From positions 78,138 to 142,137 of the forward strand of contig LAPX01000008.1 of assembly GCA_001858525.1 (NCBI GenBank): 64,000 nt of DNA, written 5' to 3'. Under the pieces are notes generated by a model. It did not search any database, was not told the DNA's origin, and saw only the letters and a list, made by a program, of their open reading frames with translations. Below are positions 29,982-39,044 of the stretch, one piece after another (within the stretch, counting starts at the first letter, position 1; each line of letters begins with the position of its first letter). This DNA comes from Vampirovibrio chlorellavorus. Lineage in GTDB: Bacteria > Cyanobacteriota > Vampirovibrionia > Vampirovibrionales > Vampirovibrionaceae. The position numbers and the translations under genes were made by a program.

Positions 29982-31289
29982 TTACCCCCACGATGCAGTG
30001 GTTAGCTGCACCCGACGTACAATCTCCGCTTCAGGCACCGTCAAAAGCTGGCCCGCTTCCAGCACTTTTTTTCCAGCCACAAACACCGCCCGAATAGCCG
30101 AGGGCTGACTGGCGTACACCAGGTTTTTCAGGGCGTTTTGGCGGGGCTGCATGGAAAGGTCGTTGAGATCCAAGACCGTAAAGTCGGCAGCGTACCCGGC
30201 AGCCAATTCCCCAATGGGCAAGCCCAGATTTTTCCCTCCGTTCAGGGTTCCCATGGCGAACATGTCCTCAGCCGTGGTCACCGTGGAATCGTGGAACTTC
30301 ACCTTTTGCAGCAGGCTGGTCATGCGCATTTCCTCAATAATGGAGGCCCGATTATTGCTGCACCCTCCATCGGTGCCCAGGGAGATACACACCCCGGCGG
30401 CCAGCATTTCCCGAATGCGGGTGATGCCATCCCCCAGAAACATATTGCTGGAGGGGTTATAGGACAACCCCGTGCCCCGCTGGGCCATTAATTCAATCTC
30501 GGCATCATCCAGCCACACGCAGTGAATACCCACCAATCGATCGTTCAACACGCCCAGCGACTCCAGAAAAGCCACCGGCGGCTTGCCGTGTTGTTGCTCG
30601 ATCATCTGCCGTTCATACTGGCCTTCGGCAATGTGCATGTGAAACTGGGTGTCCAACTCCTCGGCCAGTTCAGCCCCGGCCAGAATCATGGCGGTGCTGG
30701 CCCCGTGCAGGCTATGGGGGGCGGGCAGCACGTGCACCATCGGATGCGCCTTGAACTCGGCGTGCAACTGCCGGGTATGGTCGCAGGCTTGGGGTAGGGT
30801 CTCCCGGAAGCGGGTGGGCGCCCCCTCCCAGTCGTAGAGGGTACGGGCCATCACAATGCGAATACCCACGGCCAAGGCCGCTTCGATCACCGCCCGGGCG
30901 TTCTCATTGGCCTGATCGTTAATGTAGAAAAAATCGCACACCGTGGTGATGCCACACTTCAGCATTTCCCCAAAGGCAAACAGCGCCCCGGTATAAATAT
31001 CGTCCCGACTCAGGATTTTGGAATACTTATAAAGGGCCTGATCTCGCCAGGTGAAAAAATCCTGATCATCGCAAAACCCTTTCAGCAGGGATTGAAAAGA
31101 GTGGTTGTGCGAATTCACCAAACCGGGGATCAAAAAACCGTTCTCAAAATGAATGACCTGCGCTTTTTGCTCAGCCGTCAAGGTGTCCACCGGCAGCACC
31201 TGAGCAATCTGATCACCTTCCACCCAAAGTGCCCAACCCGTTTGTACCTGCCCCTGAACGTACATAGAATCCGCAGTATAAATGGGCAT
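29982..31289 (-). CDS. amidohydrolase-family deaminase/chlorohydrolase (MTA/SAH-deaminase or SsnA-like)
   Basis: 435 aa; metal-binding HxH (LVNSHNHSFQ), downstream H, H and D positions (HMHIAEG, CVWLDD, SLGTDGG) typical of the subtype-III amidohydrolase fold. Confidence 0.8.
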   Translation of the reverse strand: MPIYTADSMYVQGQVQTGWALWVEGDQIAQVLPVDTLTAEQKAQVIHFENGFLIPGLVNSHNHSFQSLLKGFCDDQDFFTWRDQALYKYSKILSRDDIYTGALFAFGEMLKCGITTVCDFFYINDQANENARAVIEAALAVGIRIVMARTLYDWEGAPTRFRETLPQACDHTRQLHAEFKAHPMVHVLPAPHSLHGASTAMILAGAELAEELDTQFHMHIAEGQYERQMIEQQHGKPPVAFLESLGVLNDRLVGIHCVWLDDAEIELMAQRGTGLSYNPSSNMFLGDGITRIREMLAAGVCISLGTDGGCSNNRASIIEEMRMTSLLQKVKFHDSTVTTAEDMFAMGTLNGGKNLGLPIGELAAGYAADFTVLDLNDLSMQPRQNALKNLVYASQPSAIRAVFVAGKKVLEAGQLLTVPEAEIVRRVQLTTASWG

Positions 31290-31390
31290 GGCAAAACGAT
31301 CCTCTCAACGCTGATACGGGATGGTTTTATTATGCACCAAATTCCACCGCATCAGACATACGTCCGCAGCAAGCAAGCAGGATTTTGGCG

Positions 31391-32479
31391 TTACTGGGTC
31401 AGTTGGGCAGTACCAAATCCTGAAGCGTCGGCATGGGTACTTTGGGGGACGGCTTTTTTCTCAAACAGATAGTGAGAAACCATCCACTCGTTGCCGTTTT
31501 TGTACCCCCACAATTCCGCACAGGCCAGGAAGAATACTTTCCAGTACACCCACCATTTGGTCAGGTTTTCCGCCCCATAGGTTTGGGCCAGAATTTTTTC
31601 CACGGCCGGGCGATGTTGGTACATATTCTCTGCCCAGGCATTGGCGGTTTTTTCATAATGGGTGCCGTTCACAATCCATTGGTTGGCAATGGCCAAATCT
31701 TTCTGGAAGTACAGCAACAGATCGTTAGAGGGCATGGTACCGCCGGTGAAGAAGTAGCGGGTCAGCCAGTCGGTGCCGTCTTTATCTTCGTAGTGGTAGG
31801 TAAAAATGGGATGGGTAAAAATATGCACAAACAGCTTGCCTTCCGGCTTCAGCCAACGGTTGATTTTGGCCAGCAGTTTTTCATAGTTTTTCATGTGCTC
31901 AAACATTTCAACGGAAACCACCCGATCAAACTGACGATCGGTTTCAAAATGCACAATGTTGGCCGTCAAAATTTCCAGATTATTCAAGCCACGGGCTTTG
32001 GCCTGAGCATCGATGAAGGCCTTTTGGCTGCGGGAATTGGACACACCCACAATGGTGGCATTGGGATATTGCTCAGCCATCCACAGAGACAAAGAGCCCC
32101 AGCCGCAGCCCAATTCCAGAATGGTTTGCCCGTCCTGTAAATCGGCCCGCTGACAGCTCAGAGCCAACATGGTTTCCTCGGCCTCTCCCAAAGTACGGGT
32201 GGATTCGGTCCAGTAGGCGCTGCTGTATTTTTTACGCGGCCCCAGCACCAAATCGAAAAACTCGCTGGGGACTTCGTAATGCTGCTCGTTGGCGGCTTCG
32301 GTTTCAATGGCGATGGGACTGCTTTTTAATTCAGCCACAAAATCCATAACAGCTTGCTGACGTGCTTCCCAGGAGGACTTGCTTTCTTCCTTCACTTTTT
32401 GGGCCAGCATATTGCGAATGCCCCAGCGAATGACCGCATCGGGCAGCAGATTGGTTTCCAGTAGTTTGTAAATCCACAT
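31391..32479 (-). CDS. cyclopropane-fatty-acyl-phospholipid synthase-family SAM methyltransferase (short form)
   Basis: 362 aa; SAM motif I ILELGCGWGSL, plus HYEVPSEFF and YSSAYW motifs typical of the CMAS family. Confidence 0.8.
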   Translation of the reverse strand: MWIYKLLETNLLPDAVIRWGIRNMLAQKVKEESKSSWEARQQAVMDFVAELKSSPIAIETEAANEQHYEVPSEFFDLVLGPRKKYSSAYWTESTRTLGEAEETMLALSCQRADLQDGQTILELGCGWGSLSLWMAEQYPNATIVGVSNSRSQKAFIDAQAKARGLNNLEILTANIVHFETDRQFDRVVSVEMFEHMKNYEKLLAKINRWLKPEGKLFVHIFTHPIFTYHYEDKDGTDWLTRYFFTGGTMPSNDLLLYFQKDLAIANQWIVNGTHYEKTANAWAENMYQHRPAVEKILAQTYGAENLTKWWVYWKVFFLACAELWGYKNGNEWMVSHYLFEKKAVPQSTHADASGFGTAQLTQ

Positions 32480-32524
32480 CGGGCAAAATCCTTATGAAGT
32501 GCTTAAAAATTTTAAAGATGGAAA

Positions 32525-33343
32525 TTATGAGGGCTTCCGCTTGGGAAACCAGGGAATAAACGGGCTGGTGCTTTCCTGATATTGCCGGTAAGCCTCTCCC
32601 TTGGTTTTGATGGCTTGGGCCTCCGTGGCGGCCACCCCGCTGAATTTGGTCAGGAACAACAGCATAATCAAGGGGCTGTAAAAGGTGGTCCATCCACCGG
32701 GGGCGCCCAAGGCCAGAAGGTAATAGCCCATCCACTGCAACCATTCACAAAAGTAATTGGGATGACGGGAATAGGCCCACAAGCCGCTTTGGCAGACTTT
32801 ACCCTTGTTTTCGGGTTGATCTTTAAAGTGCTTGAGTTGCTGATCGGCCACCGCTTCAAAAATCAGGCCCACCGCCCAAACCAGAATCGCCACCCATTGA
32901 ATGGGGCTGAAGGTGGGGCTGGCGTTTTGGGCCGCAAACAAAAACGGACTGGACACAATCAACATCAGCACACCCTGAAACAGGTACACTCCGAAAAACA
33001 GCCACGGCGATTTTTCAGGGCCCCACAGTTCCCGCAGGGCATGGTAGCGGCCATCCTCTTCCGGGTGGGTGGCAATGACCCGCTTCAGTAAGTACCATGC
33101 CAGGCGCCAACTGCTGGCGGTGGCTATCAGCAGCATCACTGTTTTTTGTAGAGAAGCTCCCTGCCCCAGCCAGAAATAAGTGCCCGCAATCAGGCTAAAC
33201 CCAAAGGCCCAGGCCACATCCACAATACCCGCGTTTTTCAGCGGATTGGCAATGGCCGTCACCACCAGCATCAGCCCCAGAATGACCAGAGCCGCACTAC
33301 TGAGTAAGGGCCAGACTTGAGATACGCTCAAAAGCTCAAACAT
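32525..33343 (-). CDS. DUF1295 / steroid-5-alpha-reductase-like membrane protein
   Basis: 272 aa, polytopic; SGLWAYSRHPNYFCEWLQWMGYY matches the conserved C-terminal motif of DUF1295/ICMT-like proteins. Confidence 0.75.
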   Translation of the reverse strand: MFELLSVSQVWPLLSSAALVILGLMLVVTAIANPLKNAGIVDVAWAFGFSLIAGTYFWLGQGASLQKTVMLLIATASSWRLAWYLLKRVIATHPEEDGRYHALRELWGPEKSPWLFFGVYLFQGVLMLIVSSPFLFAAQNASPTFSPIQWVAILVWAVGLIFEAVADQQLKHFKDQPENKGKVCQSGLWAYSRHPNYFCEWLQWMGYYLLALGAPGGWTTFYSPLIMLLFLTKFSGVAATEAQAIKTKGEAYRQYQESTSPFIPWFPKRKPS

Positions 33344-33683
33344 GGCGCTCTACCCGTTTTAAAAAAACATCTTCGGCGGTAGCGGTGGTGGGCAGGCGGA
33401 ATAATAGAATCAGCATGTACAGGGCCATGGTCACGTTGCCCCAGGCCACAATCAGCAGGAACCACACAATGCGGCTAACCCAGGTACGCTCACGGGCACA
33501 CACCCACAGACCAAAGGCGATGATGGCCAGGTACGCATCGGAAACCGTGGCGATAAACCACACGTCACTGCTGACCACCGGCGGAATCTGAAACAGGGAC
33601 TCATTCAGCATGGCCCAGCTGACCAGGGTGGTTTGCACCACAAACACCAGCAAGAACCAGATGCGCAAACTCCAAATTAGCAT
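33336..33683 (-). CDS. small polytopic membrane protein (possibly DUF1475-like)
   Basis: Start placed at ATG 33683, which has an AAGGAG SD. 115 aa with 3-4 TM helices. The stop overlaps the downstream gene start by 8 nt. The ORF opens at 33767. Confidence 0.5.
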   Translation of the reverse strand: MLIWSLRIWFLLVFVVQTTLVSWAMLNESLFQIPPVVSSDVWFIATVSDAYLAIIAFGLWVCARERTWVSRIVWFLLIVAWGNVTMALYMLILLFRLPTTATAEDVFLKRVERHV

Positions 33684-33708
33684 AGCGAGAGGCTCCTTTC
33701 CGGTTGAC

Positions 33709-35013
33709 CTACAAAGCCTGCCAAAGAGACAGGTTGTTGGGATTGGTATAAATGGCCTGCACCACACTAATGTTGCGCATGCGGAAGGCCGCTTTGCAGT
33801 ACATCAGGTAGTAATTCCACTTGCGAATAAAACGCTCATCAAAGCCTTGTCTGCGCACTTCGCTCAAGTTTGCGTTGAAAGCGTCGTACCAAAGTTGCAG
33901 GGTTTTGGCGTAGCTGTTGCCCAGATCTTCCAGATCGTGGAGAAACAGATTACCGGTGCGGTTGATGGCCTGATTGACCCGCCCCACGGACGGCAACAGG
34001 GAACCGGGAAAAATATGCTTCTGGATAAAATCCACGTTGTTTTTCAGCAATTCATAGCGGCTATCCGGGCAGGTAATGTACTGAATGCTCAACAGACCAT
34101 GCGGTTTGAGTAGCCTTGAACACTGGGCGAAATAGGTATCCATATAGGCATCGCCCACTGCTTCCAGCATTTCAATGGACACAATTTTATCGTACTGCCC
34201 ACTCAATTTGCGGTAATCCTGCAAGTGGACAGTAATTTGGTCACTCAATCCGGCTTGAGCAATACGGGCTGTGGCCAGTTTGAATTGCTCCTCAGAGATG
34301 GTAGTGGTATCGATGGTGCAACCGTAATTGCGGGCGGCGTGCATGGCAAAGCCCCCCCAGCCGGTGCCGATTTCCAGCACTCGATCGTGAGGCTTCAATT
34401 GCAGTTTTTGGCATAGGGCATCGTATTTGCTGATTTGAGCCTGCTCCAGCGATTGCTCCGGGTGGGTGAAGCGGGCCGAGGAATAGGTCATGGTGGGGTC
34501 CAAAAAGATCTGGAAAAATTCGTTCCCCAAGTCATAATGCTCGTGGATATTTTTCTTGCTGTTATCCACGTTGTTAGCGCGCAGCAGGTGATAGACCCGG
34601 TTCAGCTTGCCCAGCAGGTTCACCCAAAACACTTTGTTTTTGGAGCCTTCCAGCACCGTGGAATCTTCAATATTCAGGATGAACCAGGCAATGACCGCTT
34701 CCAGATCGGGGGTTTCCCATTCGCCGTCCAGAAAGGCTTCGGCAAAGCCAATGTGGCCGTACTGAATAATGCGGCTGAAGCAACGATCATCGGTGACCTG
34801 AATGGCTGCCTGAAAAGGACTGTCGGGTTCTTGCCCGATGGGGTAAACACTGCCGTCCTCAAAATACAGGGTCAGTTGCCCTTTGCGCATCGACGATAAT
34901 AGTTTGATCACCGTTTTGGCCGACCAGGACAAGTTTTTGGGCAAGCCAGGAATCGCATGCAGATGGACGTTTTCCTGAGTTTGCGGGGTGCTTTGGCGTT
35001 CCAGGGTCTTCAA
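33709..35013 (-). CDS. cfa: cyclopropane-fatty-acyl-phospholipid synthase family protein (long form)
   Basis: 434 aa; HYDLGNEFF, YSSARF and VLEIGTGWGGFAMHAA motifs of the CMAS family. Confidence 0.85.
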   Translation of the reverse strand: MKTLERQSTPQTQENVHLHAIPGLPKNLSWSAKTVIKLLSSMRKGQLTLYFEDGSVYPIGQEPDSPFQAAIQVTDDRCFSRIIQYGHIGFAEAFLDGEWETPDLEAVIAWFILNIEDSTVLEGSKNKVFWVNLLGKLNRVYHLLRANNVDNSKKNIHEHYDLGNEFFQIFLDPTMTYSSARFTHPEQSLEQAQISKYDALCQKLQLKPHDRVLEIGTGWGGFAMHAARNYGCTIDTTTISEEQFKLATARIAQAGLSDQITVHLQDYRKLSGQYDKIVSIEMLEAVGDAYMDTYFAQCSRLLKPHGLLSIQYITCPDSRYELLKNNVDFIQKHIFPGSLLPSVGRVNQAINRTGNLFLHDLEDLGNSYAKTLQLWYDAFNANLSEVRRQGFDERFIRKWNYYLMYCKAAFRMRNISVVQAIYTNPNNLSLWQAL

Positions 35014-35861
35014 GGCCGGGCCTCCTGTTGTGCGTAAAATTGTTGTAAATCGTGTCTGGGTCGCAGGACTTGCCGCTGATTAAACAACTGGGCGTCCTTT
35101 AAATGGAGTGGCAAGCGCTTGATCCAGAGAATAAAAGCGTGCCAGTGAATCAGCGTAATCACCTGCCAGGTCATCAACGGGTAACGCAGACTGAGTCGCA
35201 GTAATTGGCTGTCGGTCAACGGGTGTTTTTCTCCCCGAAAGCCACTGTCCAGAAGTGTTTGTTCACCGGCCAAACTGGACACCTGACAATGAATGCTATC
35301 ACCCGGCGGGCTCACCTGAAAGCGAAACCGCTGATCCAGTTGAGAATAGGGAGAGACGTAAAAATACTTGATGAGTTCACTGGAAAAAGCATGAATTTGA
35401 TTATCGGTAGGATTGAGAATCGGAAACACTTTCATTTCCCGAAAGGTATTCTCCACCTGGGCGAGACTGCCCAGGCAACGCCCCGCGTCATCAAAGGCAA
35501 AGTACAGGCTAATGGGATTAAACACATAGCCCAGGGTACGCATATTGGTGAGCAAGCCAATTTTAGCAATGGATTTTTGAAGCTCGTCCTGAAGCCCGTG
35601 TGCCTCAAACGCCTCTTGAAACGCCTGAATCGCCCGATCTTTTAGCGATGCGCCAACCGATGTGGGCAGATGATCCGATTCCCGAAATTCATAAAAAGCC
35701 CGTCGCCCAATCTTGAAACACTTGAACCGATCGATCAGTTGGGGCAGCTCATCCAAATCCAGATAAAAGAAAAAAGTGCGATTCTGAAAATCATGCTTCT
35801 TGGGGGCCAGGCGCCGGTGATAAACCTGGCACTCATACAGGCAAGAGTTTAACGCCGCCAT
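35010..35861 (-). CDS. DUF1365 family protein
   Basis: 283 aa; N-terminal YECQVYHRRLAPKKHDFQNRTFFFYLDLDEL is typical of DUF1365. Sits in the canonical position between the FAD oxidoreductase and the CFA synthase, with 4-nt overlaps. Confidence 0.75.
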   Translation of the reverse strand: MAALNSCLYECQVYHRRLAPKKHDFQNRTFFFYLDLDELPQLIDRFKCFKIGRRAFYEFRESDHLPTSVGASLKDRAIQAFQEAFEAHGLQDELQKSIAKIGLLTNMRTLGYVFNPISLYFAFDDAGRCLGSLAQVENTFREMKVFPILNPTDNQIHAFSSELIKYFYVSPYSQLDQRFRFQVSPPGDSIHCQVSSLAGEQTLLDSGFRGEKHPLTDSQLLRLSLRYPLMTWQVITLIHWHAFILWIKRLPLHLKDAQLFNQRQVLRPRHDLQQFYAQQEARP

Positions 35862-37159
35862 GCCAGTGTCTCCACCAGTTGGCTGCTCAGGTTGAGCGCA
35901 GCGGTAAAGGCATCTTCATGAAAGCCGTATTTAAAATAACTGCCACAAAAATAAATGTGGGTTTGCTGCCCTTCCGCATTGAGCTGAGACAGTTGATCCT
36001 GAGCGGCCACAGCGGGTTCATCGAAAATTGGATGCTCATAGGGAATGGTTTGCCGAATGCTATCCGGACGCATCCAGTTTTGCCCGTTGATAGACACAAT
36101 GTAATCCTGCTTTTGGGACACCCCTTGCAGACTATTCATCCAGTAGTGGGTAGCGGCGTCATATAAAATATCGGGATTCTGGGGATCGGGCTTGGCAGAT
36201 TTAATTTGATAATTCCAGGAGGCCCGGCAGCGTTTAGTGGTGGGAAGCACTGAGGCATCGGTGTGAAGGGTGGCCAGATTGCTTTCATAGCGAAACGGGG
36301 TCAGCAAGCGCTGTTGCAATTCGGTAGGTTGGCTCAGGGTGGCCAGCGATTGATCGGCATGGCAGGCCAAAATAACCGCATCAAACTCGCGCGTCTCAGT
36401 CTGCCCATCGGGGCCTTGGGCTTGCACGCGCACCGTTCCACCCGCGTTGGCAGTCACGGCCTGCACCGTGCGATTCAACAAGATCTCTGGCTGACACAGG
36501 GCCAGAAGTTTGCGCACATAGGTGCGGGCTCCGCCATCCACGGTATACCACTGAAAGTGGGTATCCAGCCCCAAAAAGCCATGGTTGTGAAAAAAGCGAA
36601 TGAGGGTGCGGGCCGGAAATTTGAGCATTTTGTGCGGGGCCGTGGACCAAATGGCGGAACTCATGGGCACCATAAACAACTCCAGAAAATCCTGCCCGTA
36701 GCCTCGCTCAGTAATCAGTTCCGCCACGGTCAGGGTGTTGTAGCGGGGATTATCCAGATTATCCAGGGCTTCTTTGGTAAAGCGATCCATTTGTTGAACC
36801 ATGCGCCAAAAGCGGGGATTGAAGATATTTTTGCGCTGGCCGAACAGCTTGTTCAGCCCGGCCCCGTTCCACTCCAGCCCATGGGTATCATGGCGAACGC
36901 TAAAGGACATATCGGTGGGCTTGATGGGAATGTCCAGCGTTTCAAACAGCTTCAGCAGGTTAGGGTAAGTGACTTTGTTGAAGACCATAAAGCCCGTATC
37001 CACAGGCAGCCGCTTGCCGTCCTCTTCCACGTCCACCGTATTGGTGTGCCCGCCCACATAGTCGTTTTTTTCGTAGAGGGTAATTTGATACTGCTGGTGC
37101 AAAAAATACATGCAACCCAGCCCGGAAATCCCACTGCCGATAATGGCCAAGCGCTTCAT
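35849..37159 (-). CDS. NAD(P)/FAD-dependent oxidoreductase (amine-oxidase/phytoene-desaturase-like)
   Basis: 436 aa; MKRLAIIGSGISGLGCMYFL...YEKNDYVGGHTNT dinucleotide-binding fold. Confidence 0.85.
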   Translation of the reverse strand: MKRLAIIGSGISGLGCMYFLHQQYQITLYEKNDYVGGHTNTVDVEEDGKRLPVDTGFMVFNKVTYPNLLKLFETLDIPIKPTDMSFSVRHDTHGLEWNGAGLNKLFGQRKNIFNPRFWRMVQQMDRFTKEALDNLDNPRYNTLTVAELITERGYGQDFLELFMVPMSSAIWSTAPHKMLKFPARTLIRFFHNHGFLGLDTHFQWYTVDGGARTYVRKLLALCQPEILLNRTVQAVTANAGGTVRVQAQGPDGQTETREFDAVILACHADQSLATLSQPTELQQRLLTPFRYESNLATLHTDASVLPTTKRCRASWNYQIKSAKPDPQNPDILYDAATHYWMNSLQGVSQKQDYIVSINGQNWMRPDSIRQTIPYEHPIFDEPAVAAQDQLSQLNAEGQQTHIYFCGSYFKYGFHEDAFTAALNLSSQLVETLAWRR

Positions 37160-38106
37160 CGATTTTGGCTTTCCTGCTGCTGATGACTGACAACATACGC
37201 TTCCGCTGGCACCGGATTGAGGCTATGCACCAGGCCCACCCAGGACATTAGCTTGAGGATGTAAAAGGTCACATCATACTCCCACCAGAAGAAGCCCTGA
37301 CGCACCGAGTTCTGGTAGAAATGATGGTTGTTGTGCCAGCCTTCCCCCAAGGTCAAAATGGCCAGCCAGGGGTTGTTGCGACTGTCATCCGGGGTGTTGT
37401 AGCGCCGGGAACCAAACTTGTGAGACAACGAATTAATGGTGCAAGTCCCGTGAAACAGGATCACGGTGCTGACGAAGAAGCCCCAAATCAGGCATTGAAG
37501 GCCATTGGTGCCCAGGCCGGGAAAGGCGGATTCCAGCCAAGCGCCCAGCGCATACAAGGCAATGGCGTAAAGGGCAGGCACCACCCAATCAAAGCGATTC
37601 AACCAAACCAGCTCCGGAAAGCGAGTCCAGTCCTTAATGAGAGTGTAATCCGTTTGCAGATTGGCGGGCACCGTCATCCAGCCAATGTGCGATTGCAGCA
37701 GGCTTTCCCGCACCGGGGAATGGGGATCACCGGGCTGATCGGAGTAACGGTGATGACGCCGGTGGTGAGAGGCCCACCACAGGGGGCCGCGCTGCACTGA
37801 TGTCATGGCCCACACGGCAAAAATAAACTGCTGAAGCCGCCCGGTTTGAAAGGTTCGATGGGAAAAATAGCGGTGATAAAAGGCGGTAATGGCAAACATG
37901 CGCACCCAGTACAAGGCCAAGGTCAACCCCACCACAAAGGGGGACCATCCGCAGACGAACACACCCAACATACCCCCATGTAAAAAGGCAAAGGGAATCC
38001 AGCGAGACCACTCCTGGGACCACTCGGACGGGTTGGACGGTGAAGCGACTGTAGAAGGGTCTTTAACGCTGTAATCACTGTCCAGGATTTTTAAAATCGT
38101 GCTCAT
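37156..38106 (-). CDS. membrane fatty-acid (acyl-CoA/acyl-lipid delta-9-type) desaturase
   Basis: 316 aa; three His boxes (HRYFSHR, HRRHHRYSD, HNNHHFY) and four TM helices. Confidence 0.85.
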   Translation of the reverse strand: MSTILKILDSDYSVKDPSTVASPSNPSEWSQEWSRWIPFAFLHGGMLGVFVCGWSPFVVGLTLALYWVRMFAITAFYHRYFSHRTFQTGRLQQFIFAVWAMTSVQRGPLWWASHHRRHHRYSDQPGDPHSPVRESLLQSHIGWMTVPANLQTDYTLIKDWTRFPELVWLNRFDWVVPALYAIALYALGAWLESAFPGLGTNGLQCLIWGFFVSTVILFHGTCTINSLSHKFGSRRYNTPDDSRNNPWLAILTLGEGWHNNHHFYQNSVRQGFFWWEYDVTFYILKLMSWVGLVHSLNPVPAEAYVVSHQQQESQNR

Positions 38107-38291
38107 ATCATATACCGAATGGTAGACTACTCAAGTTTAACGGAACCGAATTCACTGTCAAATGAAACTTCAATGTATCCCTCTTGCTTCCATTTTGAAG
38201 GTTTAGAGATTTATACCCCCTGGTATACAGCAGGTATACAGGATAGTGTAGAATAGGCGAAAGTTGCATTAATGGAGGTGTCGACATCATC

Positions 38292-38831
38292 ATGGTCAAA
38301 TTTGTGCGTACGCCTCGAAACACTGCCTTCGTTCTTCTTTATATTGCTTGCTTTTGGCTTTATACGCAAGCGTCAAGTTTGGCTTCGCCCTTGCCGCGGG
38401 AGGAATTAGTCAGTTTGAACGGGGCCAGCCGTTTGCAGCTACCAGACGCGTTTCGGGGTAAGAAGGTGTTGTTGGCCATTGGTTTTCATCCCCGTCACCA
38501 GTCCACGTTGGAAAAAGGGGTTCTGCTCTTTGATGGCTTGCGTTCAACTGGGGCCAATGTTCAAGTGCTGGAGGTGGCGGTTCTAGATCCCAAGTACAAG
38601 AGCTTCAAGCCTTCTGTGGAAGCGTTTATGCGCAAGGCGGTCAATGAAAAGCGCCTGATGGGTCGTATTTACCCCATGTACACCAATTCGCAGGCTTTCA
38701 AGAAATCGCTGGGTCTACAGAAGGAAGAATTCGCCTTCATCCTGCTGGGGCAGGAGGGGCAGATTTTGTGGAAGAAAAGCGAAGCGCCCACGCCCACGAT
38801 GGTGGAGTCTGTGAAGCGATTGATTCCTTAA
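38292..38831 (+). CDS. hypothetical secreted protein
   Basis: 179 aa; N-terminal hydrophobic signal-like segment (AFVLLYIACFWLYTQASSLA). Remainder unassigned. Confidence 0.5.
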   Translation: MVKFVRTPRNTAFVLLYIACFWLYTQASSLASPLPREELVSLNGASRLQLPDAFRGKKVLLAIGFHPRHQSTLEKGVLLFDGLRSTGANVQVLEVAVLDPKYKSFKPSVEAFMRKAVNEKRLMGRIYPMYTNSQAFKKSLGLQKEEFAFILLGQEGQILWKKSEAPTPTMVESVKRLIP

Positions 38832-38908
38832 GCCTGTAAAAACGATGATTTACCGTAAAAAAGCTTTGCCAGGCGAACGAAAGGTGTGCTATATATTATA
38901 AACGCCTT

Positions 38909-38981
38909 GGGGGCGTAGCTCAGTTGGTAGAGCGCCTGCTTTGCACGCAGGATGTCGCGGGTTCAATTCCTGTCGCCTCCA
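38909..38981 (+). tRNA. tRNA-Ala (anticodon UGC)
   Basis: Hand-folded 73-nt cloverleaf: acceptor GGGGGCG/CGCCUCC with the G3:U70 Ala identity pair, D-arm GCUC-AGUUGGUA-GAGC, anticodon arm CCUGC-UUUGCAC-GCAGG, T-arm GCGGG-UUCAAUU-CCUGU, discriminator A. CCA is not encoded. Confidence 0.95.
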
Positions 38982-38994
38982 CTTTAGACTTGAT

Positions 38995-39026
38995 AGCCTT
39001 TCTATGTAAACCATAGAAAGGCTTTT
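38995..39026. terminator. perfect 12-bp hairpin terminator between tRNA-Ala and the convergent hydrolase gene
   Basis: agcctttctatg-taaac-catagaaaggct followed by tttt. It lies between convergent transcription units, so it is probably bidirectional. Confidence 0.75.
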
Positions 39027-39044
39027 GATTTCTTGGACATATGT

